Position numbers and translations under genes: made by a program | Notes under the pieces: generated by a model | Told to the model about the DNA's origin: nothing | The model's database searches: none | What the model saw: only the letters and a program-made list of their open reading frames with translations | Shown: positions 27,602-38,299 of the stretch, piece after piece | How positions within the stretch are numbered: position 1 is the stretch's first letter | How the letters are laid out: each line of letters begins with the position of its first letter | NCBI GenBank assembly: GCA_963745835.1 | Contig: CAVUZH010000015.1 | Span: 129,795 to 193,794, forward strand | Origin: an uncultured delta proteobacterium | Lineage (GTDB): Bacteria; Desulfobacterota; Binatia; UBA9968 | Direction of reading: 5' to 3' | Length of the DNA stretch: 64,000 bases

Positions 27602-28687
27602 ATGAAAAATAAGTTGCGGATTGCCATTCTCTTCGGCGGCCGATCTGCCGAGCACGAAATTTCGCTAATTTCCGCGCGCAATATCGTCGCGGCAATGGAT
27701 AAGAGCAAGTATGAGGTCATCGCCATCGGCATCGACAATCAAGGCCGTTGGTCCTACGACAAAGGCGCTCGTCTGTTGCGTGACGAGCAGAAGCGAGTCA
27801 TGACATTCGATGACGCAAAGTTGACCGCGATTTTACCCGGCGCTAAACAATCCAGTTTAGTTCCACTCGGCGGTGGTAGTCTGGGGGTCGACGTCGTGTT
27901 TCCGGTCCTTCACGGCCCTTTCGGCGAAGACGGAACGGTTCAGGGCCTGCTCAAGCTGGCCAACCTGCCGTTTGTCGGAGCGAGCGTTCTGGGATCCGCA
28001 ATCGGCATGGATAAGGATGTCATGAAGCGGCTGCTCCGCGATGCGAGCATCCCGGTCGGCCGATTTCATGCCTATGACCGCAGTACCGCAGATCGGATCA
28101 GATTTTCCCGCATCAAAAAAACGCTGGGCCAGCCGCTGTTCGTCAAACCCGCCAATCTCGGCTCGTCCGTTGGAATCAGCAAAGTAGCGAGCAGGACGGA
28201 ACTGGAAGCAGCAGTAAAGAAAGCATTCCGATTTGACAATAAAATCCTGATCGAAGAATTCATCGAAGGTCGCGAGATCGAATGTTCGGTTCTGGGTAAC
28301 GATGATCCGATCGCATCGTTGCCGGGAGAGATCGTCACGGGTCATAATTTTTATTCCTATGAAGCAAAATATATCGACAACCAGGGGTCGCGCTTGGAGA
28401 TCCCCGCCAAATTGCCCAGAGCGACCGTCAAATCCGTCCAGGAGATCGCAATTACCACCTACAAAACACTGTGCTGCGAAGGAATGGCGCGGGTCGATTT
28501 TTTCGTTAAGAACGACGGTCAGGTTCTGGTCAACGAGATCAACACAATCCCTGGTTTCACGCAAATAAGTATGTATCCGAAGATGTGGGAAGCAAGCGGG
28601 ATTCCCTACCCCAAGCTAATCGACCGGCTGATCCAACTTGCTCTGCAGCGTTTCCAGCGGGAGCAACGTCTTCGAACCAGCGTCTAA
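27602..28687 (+). CDS. ddl: D-alanine--D-alanine ligase
   Basis: IAILFGGRSAEHEISL.SA, VFPVLHGPFGEDGT.QGLL, FVKPANLGSSVGISK, ARVDFF…VNEINT.PGFT. Confidence 0.93.
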   Translation: MKNKLRIAILFGGRSAEHEISLISARNIVAAMDKSKYEVIAIGIDNQGRWSYDKGARLLRDEQKRVMTFDDAKLTAILPGAKQSSLVPLGGGSLGVDVVFPVLHGPFGEDGTVQGLLKLANLPFVGASVLGSAIGMDKDVMKRLLRDASIPVGRFHAYDRSTADRIRFSRIKKTLGQPLFVKPANLGSSVGISKVASRTELEAAVKKAFRFDNKILIEEFIEGREIECSVLGNDDPIASLPGEIVTGHNFYSYEAKYIDNQGSRLEIPAKLPRATVKSVQEIAITTYKTLCCEGMARVDFFVKNDGQVLVNEINTIPGFTQISMYPKMWEASGIPYPKLIDRLIQLALQRFQREQRLRTSV

Positions 28688-28976
28688 ATCAACCAACCAG
28701 CGCGGTAAAAGCGCTCGGCGAGATCGGCCGCCGCGCATTCAATGTTTCACCAAGTGTCAGAAACGCTGAGAAGTTCCTGCCACGCGAGAGCACCCGCGAG
28801 AACCGGCACATTTTTAAGTGTCGGACTTTATCCCTGCAACATCCCCACACAGGCCCGTCCAGTTACAAGGCGTTCACCGGATGCCGCTCGAGATCGGAAA
28901 AATATCCATTCGCCGAGCGAGATCGCATCATAGGAGATTAGAACTATCTTGTAACGGGCATGCGAACCGGTCCCGT

Positions 28977-30242
28977 TCAATCCATCTGCCGTCTCAAAAA
29001 CGTCGGAATGTCATACTTGTCATCTTCCTCTTGCCCGGTGCTCAACTGCAAGGCGCTCTTGCTGAGCGTCACCGTTTCTACTTCCTCGCTGCCGGGCTTC
29101 TTGCGCTGCCACGTGGGCGCGTCGAGGTCGTCAACGATTGTTCCGAGATGCACGACTTTCTTATTTTTGATCGGGTTGACGTTTGCCGCACTAGACGCAC
29201 TGTTGGGAACGTGATTCATGGTATTCAAGGTGTTCATGGAAGAGACATGGCCGGAACTTGTGATAACCGGTTTGCGGTCGTCCTTGCCTTCTCCAAAACC
29301 CGTTGCAATCACCGTGATGCGGATTTCATCGAGCATGGTTTCGTCTATAACCGCGCCGAAAATGATATTCGCCTCATCGTGAGCCTCTTCCTGAATCATT
29401 GAAGCCGCCTCGTTCACTTCATGCAGACAGAGATCGGGCCCGCCGGTGATGTTGATCAGAACGCCGCGCGCGCCTTGAATCGAAATGTCTTCGAGCAGCG
29501 GACTCGATATTGCTCGCTGCGCCGCTTCGATGGCGCGATTCTCCCCGGTGGCGGTTGAAGCGCCCATCAGCGCCAAGCCCATCTCCGCCATGACCGTCCT
29601 GACATCGGCGAAATCAAGATTGATCAAGCCCGGCGTGATAATCAGATCAGAGATCCCTCTGACTGCTTGAAGCAGCACTTCGTCCGCTTTATGGAACGCT
29701 TCCAACATCGTTGTTGTTTTAGCGGCGATGCTCAGCAGCCTCTGATTTGGGATAACGATCAGGGTGTCGACGCTACTCTTGAGCTCTGCGATGCCCTCTT
29801 CTGCCTGCCGCATCCGCTTCTTACCTTCGAATATGAAGGGCTTCGTGACCACACCCACCGTCAACGCGCCGACTTCGCGCGCGACCCTGGCTATCACCGG
29901 CGCCCCCCCGGTTCCCGTTCCACCACCCATGCCGGCGGTGATAAAAATCATATCGGAACCGGCTAAGTACTCTTTGATGGTTTCCTGATCCTCCAAAGCC
30001 GCGCGCCGGCCGATTTCCGGATTGGCGCCGGCTCCAAGTCCTTTGGTCACCGCCCCACCCAGCTGGATTCGTACGGGTGCGCGACTGGCATCCAGGGACT
30101 GCGCGTCGGTGTTTGCTACCAAAAACTCGACGCCGTTCAGCTTACCGCCGATCATCGTGTTCACCGCATTACCACCGCCGCCACCGATGCCGATGACCTT
30201 GATACGGGCGTTCAGATTAAACTCCTCGACAAATTCAAACAT
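28977..30242 (-). CDS. ftsZ: cell division protein FtsZ
   Basis: [15 protein letters not shown], the tubulin signature [16 protein letters not shown], and a C-terminal DIPTFLRRQ peptide. Confidence 0.97.
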   Translation of the reverse strand: MFEFVEEFNLNARIKVIGIGGGGGNAVNTMIGGKLNGVEFLVANTDAQSLDASRAPVRIQLGGAVTKGLGAGANPEIGRRAALEDQETIKEYLAGSDMIFITAGMGGGTGTGGAPVIARVAREVGALTVGVVTKPFIFEGKKRMRQAEEGIAELKSSVDTLIVIPNQRLLSIAAKTTTMLEAFHKADEVLLQAVRGISDLIITPGLINLDFADVRTVMAEMGLALMGASTATGENRAIEAAQRAISSPLLEDISIQGARGVLINITGGPDLCLHEVNEAASMIQEEAHDEANIIFGAVIDETMLDEIRITVIATGFGEGKDDRKPVITSSGHVSSMNTLNTMNHVPNSASSAANVNPIKNKKVVHLGTIVDDLDAPTWQRKKPGSEEVETVTLSKSALQLSTGQEEDDKYDIPTFLRRQMD

Positions 30243-30286
30243 AAGCCTTCCTCCTTCTAATACGGTTAATAGGATCTGTTGCTGTT

Positions 30287-31516
30287 TCAGAAAAAATCAC
30301 TGAGCCAATCCGACATTCGATGCTTTACCTTTGATAGGATGTTGGCATCCTCTCGCACACGGAAGAAACTGCGCTCCTGGCGCTTGATACCGTAGAGAAC
30401 CAGGCCGATGGCGCTGGAATAAACCGGATTTGCGATAACGTCGACCAAACCGCCGACATGCCGCGGCGCTCCCAGCCGTACCGGACACCCGATGGCAACT
30501 TCGGCCGCTTCGAGGGCTCCGGGCAGGAGCATCGATCCGCCCGTCATCACCACACCTGAGCCGAGATAGTCTTCGTAGCCGGATTTGAGGATCTCCCTGC
30601 GAATCAACTGAAAGACCTCGTCCATTCGCGGTTCAATGATCTCACACAAGATTTGCCGCGAGACGGACCGCTGCGGCTTACCGGCAGAGCTGGGAACTTC
30701 CAATCGCGCCTGTTCAGCGACCATGGATGCTTTGGCACAGCCGTAGCGCAACTTGATGCGCTCCGCATCCGCGAAAGGAGTTCTAAGACCAGCGGCGATA
30801 TCGTTGGTGACATGATTCCCGCCGACCGGCAGAACAGCTGTGTGTTTTACCGCGCCATCGTGAAAAATCGTGATATCGGTCGTGCCGCTTCCCATATCCG
30901 CCAAGGCAACACCGAGATCCTTCTCGTCATCGGTGAGTACTGCATCCGCGCATGCCAAGGGCATCAATGCGACATCGGCAACATGAAGCCCCGAACGATT
31001 ACAGCACTTGACAATATTTTGCATGGCTGTAGTCGCTCCGGTGACAATGTGAACTCTGGCCTCGAGTCTAACCCCGGACATTCCCAGCGGATCCTTGATA
31101 CCGTCTTGATCGTCGATAATGTAATCCTGAGGCAAAACATGGACTACCTCCTGGTCGGTTGGAATCGCCACCGCTTTGGCTGCGTCCAACACCCGGTCCA
31201 GGTCTCTCTGACTGACCTCTCGTGTCTTGACCGCGACAACGCCGTGGCTGTTAAAGGCTTTGATGTGACTTCCAGCGATCCCGGTAAAAACGGTATTAAT
31301 CTCACACCCCGCCATTAACGCCGCTTCTTCAACCGCCTTCTTGATGGATGTCACGGTGTTGTCGATATTGATGACAACCCCCTTGCGCATCCCCGAGGAG
31401 CCATGAGAGCCGATTCCAATGATTTCCACGCCATGCTCGGTCATTTCACCGACGGCGCTGCAGATTTTGGACGTACCAATGTCCAATCCCACAATGATGC
31501 TGTGTTTCTTCGCCAT
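30287..31516 (-). CDS. ftsA: cell division protein FtsA
   Basis: [16 protein letters not shown]. and G.V.TGG blocks of the actin-like ATPase, with the position between ftsQ and ftsZ. Confidence 0.96.
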   Translation of the reverse strand: MAKKHSIIVGLDIGTSKICSAVGEMTEHGVEIIGIGSHGSSGMRKGVVINIDNTVTSIKKAVEEAALMAGCEINTVFTGIAGSHIKAFNSHGVVAVKTREVSQRDLDRVLDAAKAVAIPTDQEVVHVLPQDYIIDDQDGIKDPLGMSGVRLEARVHIVTGATTAMQNIVKCCNRSGLHVADVALMPLACADAVLTDDEKDLGVALADMGSGTTDITIFHDGAVKHTAVLPVGGNHVTNDIAAGLRTPFADAERIKLRYGCAKASMVAEQARLEVPSSAGKPQRSVSRQILCEIIEPRMDEVFQLIRREILKSGYEDYLGSGVVMTGGSMLLPGALEAAEVAIGCPVRLGAPRHVGGLVDVIANPVYSSAIGLVLYGIKRQERSFFRVREDANILSKVKHRMSDWLSDFF

Positions 31517-31540
31517 ACCTGTCTTGCCGAATTTTTTTTC

Positions 31541-32356
31541 CTACTGCGGCAGGCGCCGCAACCGCGTTACCACTTGATCCTGGAAACTCACGTCCAAGGA
31601 GCCGAGCCTTTCCTCTTTTCCCCGCCACAATGTCATCACGCGATCCAAACGTTGAAGCTTCCTTTCCCAGTCGCCCCACCCCATGTGAATGGCCACCGGA
31701 TGAGCGATCGTGTAGACCACCAAACGATCCGGCGCATCAAAGTGGATCTCGGACAGAGCGTGCGAATCCTTTGCCATCAGATCGCCCAGTCGAAGGGCAT
31801 CCTGTATTCTTCGCCTTACGGCGGGATCCGCCGATCCGAGTTCTTCGGTCCGAATGCCGGTTAGCATGGGGAATCTGACATTTTCTCCTTGCGCTACTTC
31901 TTTAAAGAGAACTCCATCGGCATCGACATAGTAAAGCTTGCCGACCGCCACGATCGCCTTGGGTCGACGCTCCTCCACTTCGATGACAACACGGCGGGGG
32001 AATTCGCGCCGAACCAATACCCTCCGCACCCAAGGATGCCTTGAAACCTTCTTCTCGATTTTTTCCGGCTCGATGTTCCAAAGATTCATCCCATGGCGCA
32101 ATCCGGCGATGGAAATGATCTCATTGCCGCGCACCTTGTCGCCGCCTCGAACTTGAATTTCGCGCACGGCGAAGTAAGGATTTTCGAAGATAAACCGCCG
32201 CGCCACCACAGACGCTGAAACGACCTGTTCGCGCCACCCATACAGGATCCAAACGGCGCCGGCGAAGATCACTAGAATCCCGAGGGTCGCGAACCGGCGG
32301 CGCCATGGAAATCCATCTTTTTTGCGATTGTCTTTTCGAGAAACTGCCAACTGCAT
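31541..32356 (-). CDS. ftsQ: cell division protein FtsQ
   Basis: Basic N-terminus, a single TM helix (FATLGILVIFAGAVWILY), and POTRA (F.V.EI.V.G) plus FtsQ domains. The start was placed at the ATG at 32356, 6 nt after the murB stop. Confidence 0.85.
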   Translation of the reverse strand: MQLAVSRKDNRKKDGFPWRRRFATLGILVIFAGAVWILYGWREQVVSASVVARRFIFENPYFAVREIQVRGGDKVRGNEIISIAGLRHGMNLWNIEPEKIEKKVSRHPWVRRVLVRREFPRRVVIEVEERRPKAIVAVGKLYYVDADGVLFKEVAQGENVRFPMLTGIRTEELGSADPAVRRRIQDALRLGDLMAKDSHALSEIHFDAPDRLVVYTIAHPVAIHMGWGDWERKLQRLDRVMTLWRGKEERLGSLDVSFQDQVVTRLRRLPQ

Positions 32357-32361
32357 CGCGC

Positions 32362-33313
32362 TTACTCCGCTTTGGCCGACGGCCACCTGCCGATCAGCTT
32401 CACTTCGGGATTTAAGACAACGCCGAACTGCGCATTAACTTCAGCGCGTGCCAGCTCCATCAGTCGACGCACATCTTCAGCGCTGGCGCCGCCTAGATTG
32501 ACAATGAAATTGCCGTGCTTTGGGGAAATTTGTGCGCGCCCGACTTGTTTCCCCTTAAGCCCGGCAGCCTCGACTAATCTCCCGGCGTAATCGTTCGGCG
32601 GGTTGCGAAACATTGAGCCGGAATTCGGGTAACCCGAAGGTTGGCTGCTCTTTCTCTTGGTCACCAACTCACGGACTTTCATGCTGACTTTGGACGATTC
32701 TTGCCGATGCACGGACAAACGCACGCGCGTGACAACAGTCCCTGATGGCAAATGTGAATCGCGATAGGTGAATCTCATCTGTTCGCGATTAAATTTAACC
32801 GGACTTCCTTGCTGCGTCATGCCGTAAACAGTATCGACGACTTTCTCGAATTCCGACCCATACGCTCCCGCGTTCATGACCAGCGCGCCTCCGACGCTGC
32901 CCGGAATGCCCTCGGCAAACTCCAGACCGCCGTAACCGCGCCGGGCCGCCTGCCGCACCAATTGCGTCACCGCTTGGGCCGCGCCCGCTTCCACCCATGA
33001 CTCGTTTGCTTGTTCGTGCCACTCGGCATGTTTGAAATCGCCGACCAGATGAATCAGCACGCCTTCAACACCGAGGTCGCTGATCAACACGTTGCTGCCA
33101 TTGCCCAGGAGGCAGAACGGCATGGCGCGCAAGCTCAACAACGACAGCAGTTGCGTCAAAGCGTTTTCGCTTTCTACATCGATGAAATAATCCGCCGGGC
33201 CGCCTACTTTGATGGACGTGTAACGGGCCAGCGGTTCCGAAACTTTAACCCGCAGACCGGAGATCGATTTGGAGCGCCTGCACCAAGCCTGTTTCGTGCG
33301 AGTTCGGATTCAT
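32362..33313 (-). CDS. murB: UDP-N-acetylenolpyruvoylglucosamine reductase (apparent frameshift near 33250-33270)
   Basis: EPLARYTSIKVGGPADYF, GNGSNVL, AGAYG, RFTYRDS, GS.F.NP. The conserved region upstream of the track ORF has no start codon in frame. ATG 33313 (MNPNSHETGLVQALQ…) is in the adjacent frame. Confidence 0.85.
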
Positions 33314-33404
33314 TGCCAACATCACAAGAGCTATTCGATGCGCTGCAGCTTTCAATCTTAAACAGCTCCCGGACCGATTATGCTTCCGAGGCGCTGGTTG
33401 CCGT

Positions 33405-34774
33405 TCATGCCAAAGCCGCAACGATGCTTTCTCCAACTTTATAAATATCTCCGGCCCCCAGAGTCAGGACGACATCCCCGGCGACCAATCGCCCGGCTAA
33501 TTGCGGCGCAATGCTCGTCTTGTCGCCGATGAATTCAACATCCATATGCCCCTGGCGCTTGATTGCCTGGTAGAGCGCTTCCCCTGTAACCCCTGGGATG
33601 GGATCCTCTCCGGCCCCATAAATTTCGGTCAGCACCAAACGGTCAGCGCCTTCAAAGGCATCAGAAAGTCGTCAAAGAGGTCCTGGGTGCGACTGTATCG
33701 GTGCGGTTGAAAAATCACGGTCAAAGGGCGTTTCCAACTTTCTCGGATTGCGCTGATGGTCGCGCGCACTTCCACAGGGTGATGGCCGTAATCGTCAATG
33801 ACCAGAACATCACGAATTTGCCCTTTAATTTCGAAGCGGCGATGGATGCCGTTAAATGCCGCAAGTGCCTCGGCAGTGCGGCAAAAAGGGATCTCCAACT
33901 CATGAGCGACAGCCACGGCGGCAAGCGCATTGGTGGCGCTGTAACGCCCGGGAAGCTGCAATTTCAGCTGCCCCAGTGATTTGCCGTGATGCAGTACGGT
34001 GAATTCCACACCGCCCGCTTTCATGTGCAAATCCTGAACAGAAAAATCCGCCTCTGGAGACAGACCGTAGGTGGCAAACCGTTTGCGCACTTTGGGCAAC
34101 ACGGCGCGCACGTTGGGATTATCGATACACAACACTGCCAGACCATAGAAAGGAACCTTGTTGACAAATGTCAGGAAACTTTCATTCAAGCGCTCCATCG
34201 TCTGGTGAAAATCCATATGCTCCCGGTCGATGTTGGTGACGACGGCGATGGTCGGCGTCAGCAGCAAGAAACTGCCGTCACTCTCATCGGCTTCAGCAAC
34301 CAGGATCTCGCCTTGCCCCATCTTGGCGTTGGTGCCGAGCATATGAACGCGGCCGCCGATGACCATCGTCGGATCGAGCCCCGCGAGGCTCAAAACCGCA
34401 GCCGTCATCGATGTCGTGGTCGTTTTTCCGTGGCTGCCGGCCACTGCAATGCCGTACTTCATGCGCATCAACTCGGCGAGCATTTCCGCTCTGGGGATCA
34501 CCGGGATCTGCCGTCGTCGCGCCTCCAGTACTTCCGGGTTCGAGTACTTAACCGCCGTCGAGATCACCACCACGGAAGGATTCACTGTCAAGTTTTCTTC
34601 CTGATGGCCGACGAAAATCTGCGCGCCAAGGTTGCGCAGTCGTCGGATCGCTTCGCTGTCGTGCAGATCCGAACCGCTCACCACGTATCCTGAGTTCAAG
34701 AGCACCTCAGCGATGCCGCTCATGCCGATGCCGCCGATCCCGACAAAATGAACACGATGTTTCTTGTGCAACAT
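33405..34774 (-). CDS. murC: UDP-N-acetylmuramate--L-alanine ligase (apparent -1 frameshift at the TTT run 33665-33667)
   Basis: [32 protein letters not shown]-type HHP block. The C-terminal 77-aa ORF ([14 protein letters not shown]…LGAGDI) is the missing MurC end in the neighbouring frame. Confidence 0.9.
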
Positions 34775-34790
34775 GAAACGTCGATCACTC

Positions 34791-35859
34791 TTAAACCTGC
34801 GCCAATGAGTAACACTCATCGACAATGCGCGTTGCGGCTTCCGGCCTGCCCATGGCGAGCGCCGCTCTTGCCATCGCTTCGATTTTTTTCCGATCGGCTA
34901 GATAATCCCGCAGACGCAACGCCAGTTCTGCGCCATTCAATTCGTCGATCGAGAACCACCTCGGCAGCTCCTTGGTCAGCCAGAGCTTGAGCATTCCAGC
35001 GTTGGTGATCATAAATCGCGTATGGGTAGGGGATTAGAATCGCCGCTTTGCCGAACGCAGTGAGCTCCGCCACTGTTGTAGCGCCGGCTCGGCACAGCAC
35101 GAGATCGGCGCGCGCGTAAGCATCGTCCATCCTGTCGATAAACGGCAGCGCCTCCGCGTCAAACGGTAAAGCATGATAGGCTTTGCTGATTGCGGAAAAA
35201 TCCGTGGCGCCAGTCTGATGAACAATTCGAAGCTGCGACGCCAAATCAGTCATCTGCGCAAGCGCATCGAGGACTGCCTCATTGATGCGGTGCGCGCCGG
35301 CGCTTCCGCCGAATATCAACAGCGTGAACTTCTCATCTTTGGGCGCATCCGGCAGCCTCTGCCAACGCACTGGATTTCCTGTGTCCAGCACCTTTTTGCT
35401 TGGCAAGTAGGAGGCGGTCTCGCGGTATGAAGTAAAAATCTTATCGACAAAGCGTGCCAGCATCTTATTGGTAAAGCCCGGTTGAAGGTTTTGTTCCATG
35501 ATAGCGCAGCGGATGCCCCGCAACTTCCCCGCCAGCAGCAGCGGTCCGGATGCATATCCGCCGAGGCCGAGAATGCAGTCGGGTCGAAACCGCTTGACGA
35601 TTCCGAGCGATTGCAGGAGCCCGGCGGGGATCCCGTACAATGCGTCCAACAGGCCGCGCATACCTCGACCTTTAAGTCCTTTCACATCTATCGTTTCAAG
35701 AGGGAAGCCCTCATTCGGCAGCACTCGCGTTTCGATCCCCTTTTCGGTACCGACAAACAAGATTTCCGTCATTGCATCACGTCGTTTAAACTCACGGGCT
35801 ACCGCCAGCCCCGGGAACAGATGACCGCCGGTTCCCCCGCCGGCCAAAATAACGCGCAT
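34791..35859 (-). CDS. murG: undecaprenyldiphospho-muramoylpentapeptide beta-N-acetylglucosaminyltransferase (apparent frameshift near 34940-34955)
   Basis: [50 protein letters not shown]. The C-terminus ([17 protein letters not shown]…) lies in the 73-aa ORF in another frame. Confidence 0.9.
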
Positions 35860-36954
35860 CTATAGTCTCCTGCGCGAGAGTCCCAGCAGTAGTCCCACCT
35901 CCGCCAGATTGACGACAATGGCCGACCCGCCATAACTGATAAATGGCAAGACCAGACCCTTGGTTGGCATAATCCCCATGACCACGCCCATGTGAATCAG
36001 ACCTTGCATCCCCAATAGGACTGTTAACCCGAAGGCCAAATACTGCTCAAACGGCTCCTCGATTTTCGACGTCAAGCGCAGGCCGCGCATGAGAATGATG
36101 CCGAAGAGAGCCAAGACAGCCAGCGCGCCAAGCAATCCCATCTCCTCGCCAATGACTGAGTACACGAAGTCGGTATGCGCCTCCGGTAGATAAAAAAGTT
36201 TTTGCCGGCTTTCCCCGAGTCCCCGGCCCCAAAGCTGACCGGAACCGAAGGCGATGAGCGATTGAATGACTTGGAAACCGCTGCTGGATGCGTCGCGCCA
36301 CGGATCCATGAAAGTCATCAAGCGGCGCAAACGGTATTCCGCGGTCAACATCACATAAGCCAACACCGGAAGCGCCAACGCACCGGTGCCTAAGAGATGC
36401 GGGATGCGCGCGCCGCCGACGAACAACAGCAGATAGAGCACGACTGTCAGAATCAAAGCCGTGCCGAAATCCGGCTGCAACAAAAGAAGCCCGAGAACAG
36501 CGCCGGCGACAATCAGATGAGGCAAAACACCAACGGCGAAGGTTTTGATCTTTTCTTGCTTGCGCCCCATTGAATGGGCCAGATAAAAAACCAGGGCGAG
36601 CTTTGCCAGCTCCCCCGGCTGAAATGCGAAACCTGGGAGCATCAGCCAGCGTCGGGCGCCGCCGCGCATAGCACCGATCCCTGGAATCAAAACCAGAATC
36701 AAAACAATAAGAGTCACAGCCAGCAAGGGATAGGCGAGACGGCGCAATAACGCCGACGGAATAAGCGATCCGATGACCAAGGCAACCAGGCCCGCGCCCA
36801 TGGCGATCAACTGCTTGCGAAAGAAATAGATGCCGTCGCCAAACCGCTCCTGAGCATAGAGATAACTGGTGCTGAGGACCATCGTCAGCCCCACCGCCAT
36901 TAGCGCGACAACCGAGAAGAAAATCCACTTATCAACCGCCAGCACATCTCTCAT
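35860..36954 (-). CDS. ftsW: peptidoglycan glycosyltransferase FtsW (SEDS family)
   Basis: 364 aa, about 10 TM helices, with FQPGELAKL, LQPDFGTA, HTDFV and PFISYGGS. Confidence 0.93.
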   Translation of the reverse strand: MRDVLAVDKWIFFSVVALMAVGLTMVLSTSYLYAQERFGDGIYFFRKQLIAMGAGLVALVIGSLIPSALLRRLAYPLLAVTLIVLILVLIPGIGAMRGGARRWLMLPGFAFQPGELAKLALVFYLAHSMGRKQEKIKTFAVGVLPHLIVAGAVLGLLLLQPDFGTALILTVVLYLLLFVGGARIPHLLGTGALALPVLAYVMLTAEYRLRRLMTFMDPWRDASSSGFQVIQSLIAFGSGQLWGRGLGESRQKLFYLPEAHTDFVYSVIGEEMGLLGALAVLALFGIILMRGLRLTSKIEEPFEQYLAFGLTVLLGMQGLIHMGVVMGIMPTKGLVLPFISYGGSAIVVNLAEVGLLLGLSRRRL

Positions 36955-38285
36955 AAGGCGCGCACCAAGCTTTTAAAGGCTTTGCCCCTTTCGGCATAGT
37001 TGCGAAACATGTCGAAACTGGAACACGCCGGCGACAATAATACGACGTCGCCGGGCTGCGCATGCGCGGCAGCGTCGCCCACGGCCGCGGCCAGATCTGC
37101 TACGATCGCGGTTTCGGTGAGGTGGCCGAGCGCTTCAGCGATGATCTCTTTGGCTGCTCCGAACAACACCAAGCGACGCACTCGCTGCCGGATGTAGTTT
37201 TGCAGCGGGCCATAATCGCCGCCTTTATCGACGCCGCCGGCAATGAGAATCACCGGCTCGGAAAAACTCGCCAGCGACTTCTCGACTGCGCCAACGTTGG
37301 TGCCCTTGGAGTCGTTGAAGTAACGAATCCCATCTTTCTCCCGGACAAACTCAAGCCGGTGCTCGAGGCCGGGAAAAGTATCCAAAGTCTTCTGGATGAC
37401 ATCATAGCCGACACCCACCGCCTTGGCCGCCGCAATTGCCGCCATCATATTCTCGACGTTGTGCACGCCTTTGATTTTAACCGCGGTCAACGAAAATCTT
37501 TCTTCGCCTTGGCCGTCGCGCCAAACGATGGCATCGCGCTCGGCAAAAACGCCATTGGGCACCTCGGAAAAGCCGATGGAGATAATTTGCGAGCGCAATT
37601 GCTGCCGCATCGCCCAAACCCGCGAATCGTCCCGGTTGAGAATGGCGATGTCTTGTTCACTTTGAGCGGCGAAGATTCGTTGCTTGCCGTGGGCATAAGC
37701 GGCAAGATCCGTATAACGATCGAGATGATCTTCGCTGATATTAAGCAGCACGGCGATCCGCGGACGAAACCATTTCACCCATTCGAGCTGAAAGCTGCTG
37801 ACTTCGACAACTCCCCAATCCCAATTATCCGCGCCGCATCCGATCAGGGGCATGCCGAGATTGCCACCGACAAAAGTTTTTGTTCCGTTTGCTTTAAGAA
37901 TCTCGCCGATCAATGTCGTCGTGGTGCTCTTTCCGTTTGTCCCGGTGATGGCGATCAGAGGCAGCGACAAAGAGCGATAAGCCAGTTCGATTTCGCTGAT
38001 GATTTCGACGCCGCGCTGGCTGGCCTCCTGGAGAAGCAGATTGTTCATCGGCACACCGGGGCTCGGCACAACTATGTCAACGCCTTGGAGCCAATTTAGA
38101 TCCTCGCCGCCGAGATGGTATTGAATCGACAACCCCGCAAGCGCGTTCAACTCGCCCTGCAGATCAGCCGCCGGGCGAAGGTCGCTAACCAGCACGATGG
38201 CTCCTCGCTGCGCGAGAAACCGCGCTGTGTCCCGGCCGGTGCGCGCCAGGCCCAACACCATGACTTTCTTGCCCCTGAGATCCAT
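36951..38285 (-). CDS. murD: UDP-N-acetylmuramoylalanine--D-glutamate ligase
   Basis: V.GLARTG, ITGTNGKSTTT, HL.RY, GG.DKG blocks. Its start overlaps the ftsW gene end by 4 nt. Confidence 0.95.
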   Translation of the reverse strand: MDLRGKKVMVLGLARTGRDTARFLAQRGAIVLVSDLRPAADLQGELNALAGLSIQYHLGGEDLNWLQGVDIVVPSPGVPMNNLLLQEASQRGVEIISEIELAYRSLSLPLIAITGTNGKSTTTTLIGEILKANGTKTFVGGNLGMPLIGCGADNWDWGVVEVSSFQLEWVKWFRPRIAVLLNISEDHLDRYTDLAAYAHGKQRIFAAQSEQDIAILNRDDSRVWAMRQQLRSQIISIGFSEVPNGVFAERDAIVWRDGQGEERFSLTAVKIKGVHNVENMMAAIAAAKAVGVGYDVIQKTLDTFPGLEHRLEFVREKDGIRYFNDSKGTNVGAVEKSLASFSEPVILIAGGVDKGGDYGPLQNYIRQRVRRLVLFGAAKEIIAEALGHLTETAIVADLAAAVGDAAAHAQPGDVVLLSPACSSFDMFRNYAERGKAFKSLVRAL

Positions 38286-38299
38286 TTTCCAATACCATT

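Noticed and set aside
27857-28564. 235-aa minus-strand ORF
   Set aside because: Antisense to ddl, which is unambiguous. The translation is Asp/Arg/Phe-rich without motifs.
36047-36928. 293-aa minus-strand ORF in an alternative frame of ftsW
   Set aside because: Same strand but offset frame within a clearly conserved SEDS protein. The composition is Arg/Gly/Ala-rich and non-membrane-like.
37062-38099. 345-aa plus-strand ORF
   Set aside because: It lies entirely antisense to murD, whose translation has all Mur-ligase motifs. Its product is Arg/Ala/Gly-rich low-complexity sequence with no recognisable domain. It is a typical GC-driven shadow ORF.
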